Source of the DNA: Longimicrobiales bacterium
GTDB taxonomy: Bacteria; Gemmatimonadota; Gemmatimonadetes; Longimicrobiales; Gaopeijiaceae
Assembly: GCA_965116905.1 (NCBI GenBank)
Contig: OZ220732.1
Coordinates: 1,888,001 to 1,952,000, forward strand
Length of the DNA stretch: 64,000 nucleotides
Direction of reading: 5' to 3'
Shown here one piece after another: positions 28,501 to 35,720 of this stretch (its first letter is position 1; each line of letters starts with the position of its first letter). The notes beneath the pieces were generated by a model that was not told the origin of the DNA, did not search any database, and saw only the letters and a list, made by a program, of their open reading frames with translations. A program made the translations under genes and the position numbers.

Positions 28501-29013
28501 CCCCATCGCCAGCGAACACTCGTAATCGGTAAGCGGAGTCCAGGAGGCACCACGGTCTTCGGACTTCCACACCCCGCCCTGAGCCCCGCCAATGTAGAGA
28601 ACGGCCGGGTTGGCCGGGTGGATAGCGATCGCCGACACTCGTCCGGCCATGGGACCTCTACGCCGGTCGTCGATCTGTTCGGGGCCGATGAAGCGCCAGG
28701 GCGCGCCGGGGCCACGCACCCGCCGAGGCCCGAAGCCGCGTACGGCCATGACCTGTCGTCTCGCGATCTGGAGGCGGGCGGCGATATCCGTGGCGCCGCC
28801 CGAGTAGAGTCGCACCCTCTCGTATTCCATGCGGCCGCGAAGTTGCTCCTCCTCCTGGGCGGCGCCACCGGGAGTGAGGAGCAGAGCCGCCAGGCCGGTC
28901 AGGAATGCGGTGGAACCCCACCTCGCAACCACCCGGCGCGCGCGCATTCTCCAGCGCATTCTCCAGCGCATTCTCCAGCGCATTCTCCAGTGTGGTGACT
29001 GCGGATTATCCAT
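25567..29013 (-). CDS. Large secreted BNR/VPS10 (GH74/sialidase-like) beta-propeller protein with BACON-like Ig repeats and a C-terminal dockerin-like motif
   Basis: Many Asp-box repeats (SxDGGxTW), WRFIGP...GRVSAIAIHP, VDQH, GGTQDQG, ATHGRG; C-terminal WTA-S...WL repeats; LDWFGNQDGTFNAGDVLRWL. Start uncertain (29013 or an ATG within the WRMR repeat). Confidence 0.8.
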   Translation of the reverse strand: MDNPQSPHWRMRWRMRWRMRWRMRARRVVARWGSTAFLTGLAALLLTPGGAAQEEEQLRGRMEYERVRLYSGGATDIAARLQIARRQVMAVRGFGPRRVRGPGAPWRFIGPEQIDDRRRGPMAGRVSAIAIHPANPAVLYIGGAQGGVWKSEDRGASWTPLTDYECSLAMGSIAIDPVNPDIVYAGTGEQHFSGDSYYGCGMLRSADGGRTWEEQGADVLRIPGNIGARISRVVVDPATAGSLSSTTVLAATDFGLFRSTDSGRSWTLVRRGVATDLIMDPADPSVLYAAFHSLPRYANWGIHKSSDGGRSWTQASAGLRDTDIRRINLAISPSAPETLYAGVVNVGEDRETRKGLLLYRSDDGAATWQELEADGATCHHQCWYDMTLAVHPLDPDRLYLGAIVLQASIDGGRTFRQIHPNNLFVDQHLLVFDTLSGPDVLYVANDGGVFRSPDAGTSWTSLATNLALAQFYPGITAHPSDPAVTLGGTQDQGTVRSAAGTTTWTKLIGGDGGFTAIDAENRDTWYNESQWDPVVGGPRKNGERRISGIDMGEDAAFVPPLVMDPIDSKRLYFGTRRLYRTDNAAEEWIRVSEAFPGPTWEGRISAIAPSLSDPNTVYISLTLGGVAVTRDAGASWSIVGPAEGLPADRYIGDLAVHPDDPDVAYAVAGGFGAGHVFQTTDGGRTWRDRTGSLPDHPVNAVLYDPENPDAVYIGTDLGVFHSPRGGDSWDMLDIDLPMAAVFDIAASPGTGRLLAATHGRGMYEIPIDVPLTARTRPSAVSDTILSGVETQAEGQVIVAPSGRDEQLATWTATASDAPWMTLEGATGAGRGRLGYSVAATELTPGDHSATIRVNVAGVADAVTIPVTVHSAVPRGHMTLGSTERLMSVEQDSTEAFTDSLAVDFEGPRAATVEWIASHPGRTDWFELIDTTGVGSASVRWTIDPDSLPPGVYVDSVVVLAPLATGSPATLVYSLSVEPPLTLPALRLTSGYGVSGWSVVTSDSLPSGLTGFGAASAVWTASSGSEWLMIDKTAGGREAPIVWSRSSESLDPGTFEDTIMIRVPGRSYLLGMIVDRFEVVAPMTVEGAAQHLLGDGQLQPEQERFLDWFGNQDGTFNAGDVLRWLDHCAAGGEESGCGTPGRPDGRERP
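28942..28990. repeat. Four perfect 12-bp tandem repeats (gcgcattctcca) encoding WRMR x4 at the start of the BNR protein
   Basis: Read directly at 28942-28989. Confidence 0.95.
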
Positions 29014-29081
29014 CGGAGCGCTTCGACAAACGTCCTCTCCGTCACTTCGCGGTCCGGCGTTTGCGATCACGAATGCTGGCA

Positions 29082-29111
29082 ACCGTAGACGCCTGCTGCT
29101 TATTGTGTCAA
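29082..29111 (-). promoter_or_regulatory. Candidate sigma70 promoter (TTGACA-N18-TACGGT) for the BNR protein/lipoprotein pair
   Basis: Perfect -35; supports a start at or downstream of 29013 rather than 29286. Confidence 0.5.
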
Positions 29112-29171
29112 GCCCGCAAACCACCTGCCTGGCTGGCCTGAGACCGCAGCCCAAAACCAGCGAGCCCGACC

Positions 29172-30776
29172 ATGATGATCGAGATCCGCCGCCACCCGGG
29201 TCCGCATGCCACTCCTGCTGCGGCGCCTGTCCCGTTCCTGGTCGCCCTTGCCCTCGCCGCGCTCTCCGCCTGCGACCGCCCCGCACCCGCCCCCATCCCC
29301 GTCGTCGAGGCCACCATCGTCGGCGTCCAGAAGGCCATCTTTTCGGGCGCTACAACCTGCCGCATGGTCGTGCAGTCGTACCTTGACCGCATCGAAGCCT
29401 ACGAGGACCGGATCAACGCGATCACCGTCGTCAACCCGGCCGCCCTGGACCGTGCCGACGAACTCGACGCCGCGGTGGCCGCCGGTGAGGAGCCCGGCCC
29501 GCTATTCTGCGTGCCCATGCTCGTCAAGGACAACTTCGACACCCATGACATGGTCACCACCGCGGGCTCGATCGCGCTGGCCAACAACATCCCGCCCGAC
29601 GACGCGTTCATGGTACGGCGCATCCGCGAGGCGGGCGCCATCGTGCTCGCCAAGACCAACATGGCCGAGTGGGCCTTCAGCGCACGCCAGTCGGTGAGCT
29701 CGTCGTACGACACGACGCGCAACGCTTATGCCCTCGACCGTGTGCCGGCGGGCTCCAGCGGCGGCACGGCGTCGGGCGTCGCCGCCAACTTCGGCCTGAT
29801 CGGTCTGGGCAGCGACACGGGCAACTCGATCCGCGGGCCCTCGTCACGCCTGGCCCTGGTCGGCATCCGTTCCACGATCGGGCTGACCAGCCGGGACGGG
29901 GTGGTGCCGCTTTCCTTCGACCGCGACATCGCCGGACCGATGGGCCGCACGGTCGAGGATGTGGCCCGCGTTTTCGACGTGGTGGCCGGTTTCGACCCCG
30001 CCGATCCCTACACCGAGGCCGGCCGCGGCCGCGGAGAGGACGACTACACGGCCTTCCTCGACGCCGACGGTCTGCAGGGCGCCCGGATCGGTGTGTTGCG
30101 GGCGCTCGTCGACACGGAGGACGCGGATTCTGCCGTGGTCGCTGTCTTCGAGCAGTCGCTCACCGAACTGGCCCGGCTCGGCGCCGAGATCGTGGATCCC
30201 TTCGACTTCGACGTCCAGGCCCAGCTGGATCGCGAGAACATGTTCTGCGGCCGCTTCCGCTACGACATGCACGTATACCTGAACTCGCTCGGCGAGGCGG
30301 CGCCCATCACCGACGTCGTGCAGGTACTCGAGACCGGCCAGTACTCGGACTACGTCGAGAACTCGCTCCGCCGCGCCGAGGATTCACCGCTCGACGTGCA
30401 TCCCGCCGACCGCGATCCGCCGTGCCCGGACTTCCTCGAAAACGAGGGGCGCCAGGCCTATCTGGCCGACCTGGTGGCCGCGATGGACGCCGCGGAAGTC
30501 GACGCGCTCGTCTACCCGTCGTGGCTGAGCCCCCCCGCCCACATCGACCGCGGGCGCGAGGAGTACAGCGGCGACAACTCCCAGCGCGTCGCCCCCGCCA
30601 CCGGAATGCCCGCGATCACCGTGCCGATGGGCTTCACCGACGGGGTGCACCCGGCCGGGTTGCAAATCCTGGCGCGTCCGTACGCCGAGGGGTTGCTCTT
30701 CCGGTATGCGTACGCCTATGAGCAGGGGACGCGGCATCGGCGGCCGCCGGAGGGGTTCCCGGAGCTGGAAGACTGA
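29172..30776 (+). CDS. Amidase signature family lipoprotein
   Basis: Lipobox LSAC; VKDN, AKTNMAEW, AGSSGGTA, GSDTGNSIRGPS (Ser-cisSer-Lys triad). Confidence 0.92.
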   Translation: MMIEIRRHPGPHATPAAAPVPFLVALALAALSACDRPAPAPIPVVEATIVGVQKAIFSGATTCRMVVQSYLDRIEAYEDRINAITVVNPAALDRADELDAAVAAGEEPGPLFCVPMLVKDNFDTHDMVTTAGSIALANNIPPDDAFMVRRIREAGAIVLAKTNMAEWAFSARQSVSSSYDTTRNAYALDRVPAGSSGGTASGVAANFGLIGLGSDTGNSIRGPSSRLALVGIRSTIGLTSRDGVVPLSFDRDIAGPMGRTVEDVARVFDVVAGFDPADPYTEAGRGRGEDDYTAFLDADGLQGARIGVLRALVDTEDADSAVVAVFEQSLTELARLGAEIVDPFDFDVQAQLDRENMFCGRFRYDMHVYLNSLGEAAPITDVVQVLETGQYSDYVENSLRRAEDSPLDVHPADRDPPCPDFLENEGRQAYLADLVAAMDAAEVDALVYPSWLSPPAHIDRGREEYSGDNSQRVAPATGMPAITVPMGFTDGVHPAGLQILARPYAEGLLFRYAYAYEQGTRHRRPPEGFPELED

Positions 30777-30801
30777 AGCAGGCCATCGCGCAGACGCTCG
30801 G

Positions 30802-32052
30802 TCACACGCCTTCTCCTGGTGCGGCAACTCCAGCCTCGGGAACTGCCGCCGCCAGAAACCAGGGCAGGACCCGGAATCCGCTCAATGCGAAATCCTCGGT
30901 CCCTCCGTGGACCAGCACACCCCCCCGATTCGGGTTCGACGGGATCGAGGTCCACCACTTCAGCGCCGACAACGCGTCCGCGGGCACGGTCCGACCCGAC
31001 TTGACCTCCACCGGGATCAGGCGGTCGCCCGCGTCGACCAGGATGTCGATCTCGTGCCCCGTGGCGTCGCGCCAGAAGTACAGCTTCGGATCCTGCCGCC
31101 TTGCCGCGTACGCCTTGACGAGTTCGGCGACGACGAACGACTCGAAAACGGCACCACGCAACGGGTGTCTCTCAAGTGTCACGGCGTTTTCGATGCCCAG
31201 CAGATAACACACCAATCCGGGATCGAGAAAGTGCAGCCGCGGTCGCTTGCGGAGGCGCTTTCGGAAGTTTGCGTGATGCGGCGGAAGGGTGGTCGCGATG
31301 TACCCGATCTCAAGTGCCGTGAGCCATCGACGCGCTGTCTGGTGCGTGACGCCGGCGTCGCTGGCCAGCCCGCTCAGATTGAGCTCCGTGGCCGTGCGTG
31401 CCGCGGCCAGGCGTACGAAATTCTCAAACGATCTCACGTCCAGGACCTGGGAAACGTCGCGCAGATCGCGCTCGACGTAGGTTCGGAAGTAGTCGGACAT
31501 CCACTCACCCGCCGAGAGCCCGCGGTCGTGTACGGGCGGATAGAAGCCGGTCACCAGCGTCTCCCACAGATCCTGCCCGGAGAGCCGCTCCGCCGCCGAC
31601 GCCGACACTCCACCCTGGCGGTCCAGTTCGCGTGGATCCAGCGGCGGCAACCCGTGCAACTCGGCCAGGGAAAACGGCAGGAGCAACAGTAACGCGGTCC
31701 GGCCCGCCAGGGTCTGCGACACCGACTTCAGGAGCAGGATGTTCTGCGATCCCGTGACAATGAAGCGTCCGGGCCGGTCGTCTTCATCCACGAGTTCCTG
31801 CACATAGGACAACAGCTCGGGCGCCCGCTGGATTTCGTCCAGGATCAGCGGGTCCCCTCGCGCCAGGAATCCGCGCGGATCCGCCAGGGCCCGGGCGCGG
31901 ACATCGGGTGCCTCGAGTGAGGCGTAACGATGCCCTGGGAAGACGGCTCGCACGAGGGTTGTCTTCCCGGACTGCCGTGGCCCGGTGAGGGTAACGACGG
32001 GGTAGCGCTCAGCCGCTCTTCGGAGCGCCGGCGTCAGGTGTCTGGCGATCAT
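30802..32052 (-). CDS. AAA+ ATPase (AAA_14) with DUF4143 and C-terminal PD-(D/E)xK-like segment
   Basis: TGPRQSGKTT, ILDEIQRAP, VTGSQN, TYVERD, DPGL, YFWRD..GHEIDILV...PVEVKSG; start MIARHL. Confidence 0.9.
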   Translation of the reverse strand: MIARHLTPALRRAAERYPVVTLTGPRQSGKTTLVRAVFPGHRYASLEAPDVRARALADPRGFLARGDPLILDEIQRAPELLSYVQELVDEDDRPGRFIVTGSQNILLLKSVSQTLAGRTALLLLLPFSLAELHGLPPLDPRELDRQGGVSASAAERLSGQDLWETLVTGFYPPVHDRGLSAGEWMSDYFRTYVERDLRDVSQVLDVRSFENFVRLAAARTATELNLSGLASDAGVTHQTARRWLTALEIGYIATTLPPHHANFRKRLRKRPRLHFLDPGLVCYLLGIENAVTLERHPLRGAVFESFVVAELVKAYAARRQDPKLYFWRDATGHEIDILVDAGDRLIPVEVKSGRTVPADALSALKWWTSIPSNPNRGGVLVHGGTEDFALSGFRVLPWFLAAAVPEAGVAAPGEGV

Positions 32053-32058
32053 CCGACA

Positions 32059-32087
32059 AGTTTGGCGGATCACCCGAGTCATGTCAA
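32059..32087 (-). promoter_or_regulatory. Probable leaderless promoter TTGACA-N17-CAAACT-N6-ATG of the AAA+/DUF4143 gene
   Basis: Perfect -35, 17-bp spacer, -10 positioned so that the TSS coincides with ATG 32052; no SD. Confidence 0.55.
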
Positions 32088-32153
32088 CTCGATGATACGA
32101 TCACCCAAATGACATGCCCTAGCCGTCCATTCCAGCCTCCCCAACCCGTGTAA

Positions 32154-32192
32154 TGTACACTTTGATTTACATTATGTCATCCAAAGTTTACA
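32154..32192. promoter_or_regulatory. AT-rich double palindromic box, copy B: TGTACA-N6-TTTACA-N3-TGTCAT-N6-TTTACA
   Basis: TGTACActttgaTTTACAttaTGTCATccaaagTTTACA with flanking gtaa/ttac inverted symmetry. Confidence 0.6.
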
Positions 32193-32197
32193 TTACC

Positions 32198-35100
32198 CTA
32201 CTCCGGAGGCCACCTCGGCAGCGCCCGCCCCGTGGTCCACGGCACGCCGGCTTCTTCCAGCCGCGCCTCGAGCGCCGGCAGATCGGTCTCGACGAGCTGC
32301 TGCAGGTCCGGATACAGCCCGCCGAACAGCCTCCGCGCGATCCGGTACTGCTCACGATGCGTCTCCGTCGGCCCGTGCATGCCGTTCCAGTGTCCGCGCA
32401 CGATCTGGTTTACCCGCCCCGTGATCCCCGGCAGGTCGGGTTCCGCTCGCGACGTCCGGGTCCTTGATCCTTCCAGGGTCTCCCGGAGGTCCAGAAGGCG
32501 GAGTTCCTGGGCACGGGCTTCGGTCATCAGCTCGACCGGCGCCGCTGGCCAGCGCTCCAGAGCCTGCTTGATGGCCGAGATCCGCTGTGCGGCTGCCGCG
32601 GCCACGCGCTGGCTCCCCGTCACCGCGCGGAGCAGTTCGCCCGTCTCCCGCTGGAACGCGAGGATGCCCGCCCGGTCGCGCTGCGGGATCGCGGGCTCGT
32701 TGATCGGCGCGATCGTGAACGCCACCGGCCCGGCCAGCTCGGTCACCTCGCCGTCGACGCGTTGCGCGAGCGACACGGTGTAGTCGCCCGGCAGCGCCAT
32801 CGGGCCGTTCCCACCGCCGCCGAAGCCCCCAAAGCCGCCGAAGCCGCCTCCGCCGCCACCACCGGCCGTCACCGGATTGTAGCCCGGGTAGCGGTAGTTC
32901 CACGTCGCGCGGTGAACGCCCCGGCTCGTCGAGCCACTCACGACGTTGACCACGCTGCCCATCTCGTCGCGGACCGTCAGGAACACCCGCGGCGCCTCTT
33001 CTCGATCCTCCGCCTCCAGCTCCTCCCACGTCGGATACGGCGTGTCTTCGCCCGCACGCTGCGCTCTCCGCTCGGCCGCCCTTCTCTCCGCCTCACGCGT
33101 GCGCAGCGTTTCGCCCACCCAGTACGTGAAGGTCACGCCCAGCGGGGGGTTGTCGGCCTGATAGAAGTCGCTGCCGTTCGCGCCGCCGGGGTTCCAGGGC
33201 ACGTACATGTCCCCATCGGCCACCTCGAAGATGTGCCCGCCGCCGGCCAGGATCTCGTCGGACGCGCGGGCCAGCTCGCGAAGCGGCGTGTAGTCGTCGA
33301 CCACGTAGAAGCTGCGGCCGAAGGTGGCCGCGACCAGGTCGCCCTCGCGCTTCTGGATCTCGAGTTCGCGCACGGCGATCGTCGGCAGTCCGCTGTCGAA
33401 ATCCATCCACGACTCGCCGCCGTCGACCGACACGAACGCCCCGAACTCGGCGCCCACGAAGAGCAGCCCCGGCTCGACGTGGTCCTGCACGATCGAAAAG
33501 CTCGGGCTGTTGTCGGGCAGCCCGCCGGTGATCATGGTCCAGTCGACGCCACGGTTCGTGGACTTGAGCACGTACGGACGGAAGTCGTTGCGCTTGAAGT
33601 TGTTCACCACGACGAACACCTCGTCGGCGTTGTGCAGCGACGCCTCGACGTCGTGGACGAAGCTCGCGTCCGGCACGCCCGGCAGGCTCTCGACGGCGCG
33701 CCAGTTCTCGCCGCCGTCCTCGGTCACCTGCACCAGCCCGTCGTCGGTGCCCACGTAGATCAGCCCCTCGACGAGCGGCGATTCCGAGACCGCCACGATA
33801 TGCCCGAACGACGACGTCGACCGGTTCTTGGCCACGGCATCCACGCTCCACACGCGCCCCATCACCTCGAGCTGGTTGCGGTCGATGTTGCGCGACAGGT
33901 CACCCGAGATCGCGCGCCAGCTGGTCCCCTGGTCGTCGCTCTGGAAGAGGATCTGCGCGCCGAAGTAGATGCGGTTGTTGTCGTGCGGCGACATGTGCAG
34001 CCCGGCGTCCCAGTACCAGCGCAGCGGGGGTCCGTCGGGGTCCGGCTGCGGCTGGATGTCGAGGCGCTCCTTGCTGCCCCGGTCGAACCGCGAGATCACC
34101 CCGTACTGCAGCTGCGAGATGATGATGTCGGGGTTCTCGGGATCGATCACCGGGTCGAACCCGTCGCCCCCGAGGGTCACGTACCAGTCCGAATTGCGTA
34201 TGCCGCCGCCCAGCGTCTGTGATGGTCCGCCCAGCGTGTTGTTGTCCTGCGTGCCGCCGTAGACGTAGTAGAACGGCTCGTCGTTGGAGGTGGCGACCTT
34301 GTAGAACTGGGTCAGCGGCAGGTTGGGGAAGAAGTGCCAGCTCTCGCCGAAGTCGTGAGTTTCGTACAGCCCGCCGTCGTTGCCCAGGATCAGGTGCTCG
34401 GGGTCGTCCGGATCGAAGGCGATTGCGTGATGGTCGACGTGCACGCCCTGCGTGGGCAGCCGGCCCCACGTCTCGCCCCCGTCGTCGGACATCTGGACGA
34501 AGGTGTCGAGCGAGTAGATGCGGTCGAAGCGGTGCGGATCGGCGTAGAGTTCGTGGTAGTACATGGCCGCGCCCGACTGGTAGCGCGAGGTCCGGCTCCA
34601 GCTCTCGCCCATGTTCTCGCTGCGGAAGGTGCCGCCGTTGTTCCCGGACGCCTCGACGATGGCATAGAGCACGTCGGGGTTGATCGGCGAGATCGCCATC
34701 CCGATGCGCCCCTTGTCCCCGCCCGGCAGCCCGCGGTTGATCGCGCGCCAGGTGTTTCCGCCGTCGGTGGACTTGTGGATGCCGGAGCCCGGCCCGCCGT
34801 CGATCATCGTCCACTGGTGCCTGCGGCGCTGCCACGACGACGCATACATCACGTCCGGGTTGCGGGGGTCGAAGTAGACCTCGTTGACGCCGGTGTGCTC
34901 GTCGATTTCGAGGACTCGCTCCCATGTGTCGCCGCCGTCCGTGGTGCGGTAGAGCCCGCGCTCTCCGCCCTCGGCCCACAGCGGCCCCTGCGCCGCGACG
35001 AAGACCGTGCGCGAGTCGTCGGGGTGCACCGCGATCATGCCGATGTGCCGCGACGTCTCCAGTCCCATGTTCGTGAACGAGCGCCCGCCGTCGACCGACT

Positions 35101-35581
35101 TGTAGACGCCGTCACCGTAGCCCACCGAGCGCTGGCCGTTGTTCTCGCCGGTGCCGACCCACAGCGTGAGGTGGTCGTTCGGGTCGAGCGCGATCGCGCC
35201 GATCGAATACGAGCCGTAGTTGTCGAAGATCGGCGTCCAGGTGGTCCCGGCGTTGGTCGTCTTCCACACGTTCCCCGACGAGGCCGCGACGTACCAGGTG
35301 CTGCGGTCCGTGGGGTCGACCGCGATGTCCGCGATGCGCCCCGAGGCCACCGCCGGACCGATGCTCCGCCAGCGGAAGGAGGAGAGGAGGCCGGCGTTCA
35401 GCTCGGCGGGGCCGTCCTCGCCGCCGCCGGCACCGCCCCCGCGCTGCTGGGCGGGGAGGGGGGAGGGAACCGCGAGGGGTGCGATTGCCGCGAGCAGGGT
35501 CGTGCCGAGTAGGGTGGTGGCCAGCAGGGTCGCCAGGGTGACCGGGCGCCGAACGGCTGTACGGGAGCGATGGTCGTGCAT
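32198..35581 (-). CDS. Secreted BNR/sortilin-VPS10 glycosyl-hydrolase-like protein
   Basis: Signal peptide; WRSIGPAVASGRIADIA, repeated SxDGG Asp-boxes, VHVDHH, GGTQDN, ATFGRS; C-terminal Ig domain and helical bundle; start MHDHRS. Confidence 0.88.
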   Translation of the reverse strand: MHDHRSRTAVRRPVTLATLLATTLLGTTLLAAIAPLAVPSPLPAQQRGGGAGGGEDGPAELNAGLLSSFRWRSIGPAVASGRIADIAVDPTDRSTWYVAASSGNVWKTTNAGTTWTPIFDNYGSYSIGAIALDPNDHLTLWVGTGENNGQRSVGYGDGVYKSVDGGRSFTNMGLETSRHIGMIAVHPDDSRTVFVAAQGPLWAEGGERGLYRTTDGGDTWERVLEIDEHTGVNEVYFDPRNPDVMYASSWQRRRHQWTMIDGGPGSGIHKSTDGGNTWRAINRGLPGGDKGRIGMAISPINPDVLYAIVEASGNNGGTFRSENMGESWSRTSRYQSGAAMYYHELYADPHRFDRIYSLDTFVQMSDDGGETWGRLPTQGVHVDHHAIAFDPDDPEHLILGNDGGLYETHDFGESWHFFPNLPLTQFYKVATSNDEPFYYVYGGTQDNNTLGGPSQTLGGGIRNSDWYVTLGGDGFDPVIDPENPDIIISQLQYGVISRFDRGSKERLDIQPQPDPDGPPLRWYWDAGLHMSPHDNNRIYFGAQILFQSDDQGTSWRAISGDLSRNIDRNQLEVMGRVWSVDAVAKNRSTSSFGHIVAVSESPLVEGLIYVGTDDGLVQVTEDGGENWRAVESLPGVPDASFVHDVEASLHNADEVFVVVNNFKRNDFRPYVLKSTNRGVDWTMITGGLPDNSPSFSIVQDHVEPGLLFVGAEFGAFVSVDGGESWMDFDSGLPTIAVRELEIQKREGDLVAATFGRSFYVVDDYTPLRELARASDEILAGGGHIFEVADGDMYVPWNPGGANGSDFYQADNPPLGVTFTYWVGETLRTREAERRAAERRAQRAGEDTPYPTWEELEAEDREEAPRVFLTVRDEMGSVVNVVSGSTSRGVHRATWNYRYPGYNPVTAGGGGGGGFGGFGGFGGGGNGPMALPGDYTVSLAQRVDGEVTELAGPVAFTIAPINEPAIPQRDRAGILAFQRETGELLRAVTGSQRVAAAAAQRISAIKQALERWPAAPVELMTEARAQELRLLDLRETLEGSRTRTSRAEPDLPGITGRVNQIVRGHWNGMHGPTETHREQYRIARRLFGGLYPDLQQLVETDLPALEARLEEAGVPWTTGRALPRWPPE

Positions 35582-35654
35582 TGTGGTTCCTGATTGCGTG
35601 TTGATGGCAGCGTGACGCTGGGAGTCCGTGGAGTCTACTGTTGGAAGGGTGCGC

Positions 35655-35711
35655 ATGTCGACAGTCAACGTTCCCGAGGCCAAGACCCACCTCACTTGTA
35701 GGCGGGCCTAA
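35655..35711 (+). pseudogene. Truncated Phd/YefM-type antitoxin remnant (MSTVNVPEAKTHLTCRRA*)
   Basis: Matches the Phd N-terminal consensus MxTVNvhEAKTHLS; preceded by ggaagg RBS; stops after 18 codons; no toxin gene follows. Confidence 0.7.
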
Positions 35712-35720
35712 CTGTCCTGG

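Noticed and set aside
30802..32052. AAA+/DUF4143 gene as a mobile element or defined defence system
   Set aside because: No transposase, integrase, terminal repeats or partner defence genes are visible; it is a stand-alone gene.
32160..32190. Resemblance of tttacattatgtcat to a Xer dif site
   Set aside because: Only the central hexamer plus one arm resemble dif and the other arm does not. The second copy at 18825 fits the double-palindrome model better.
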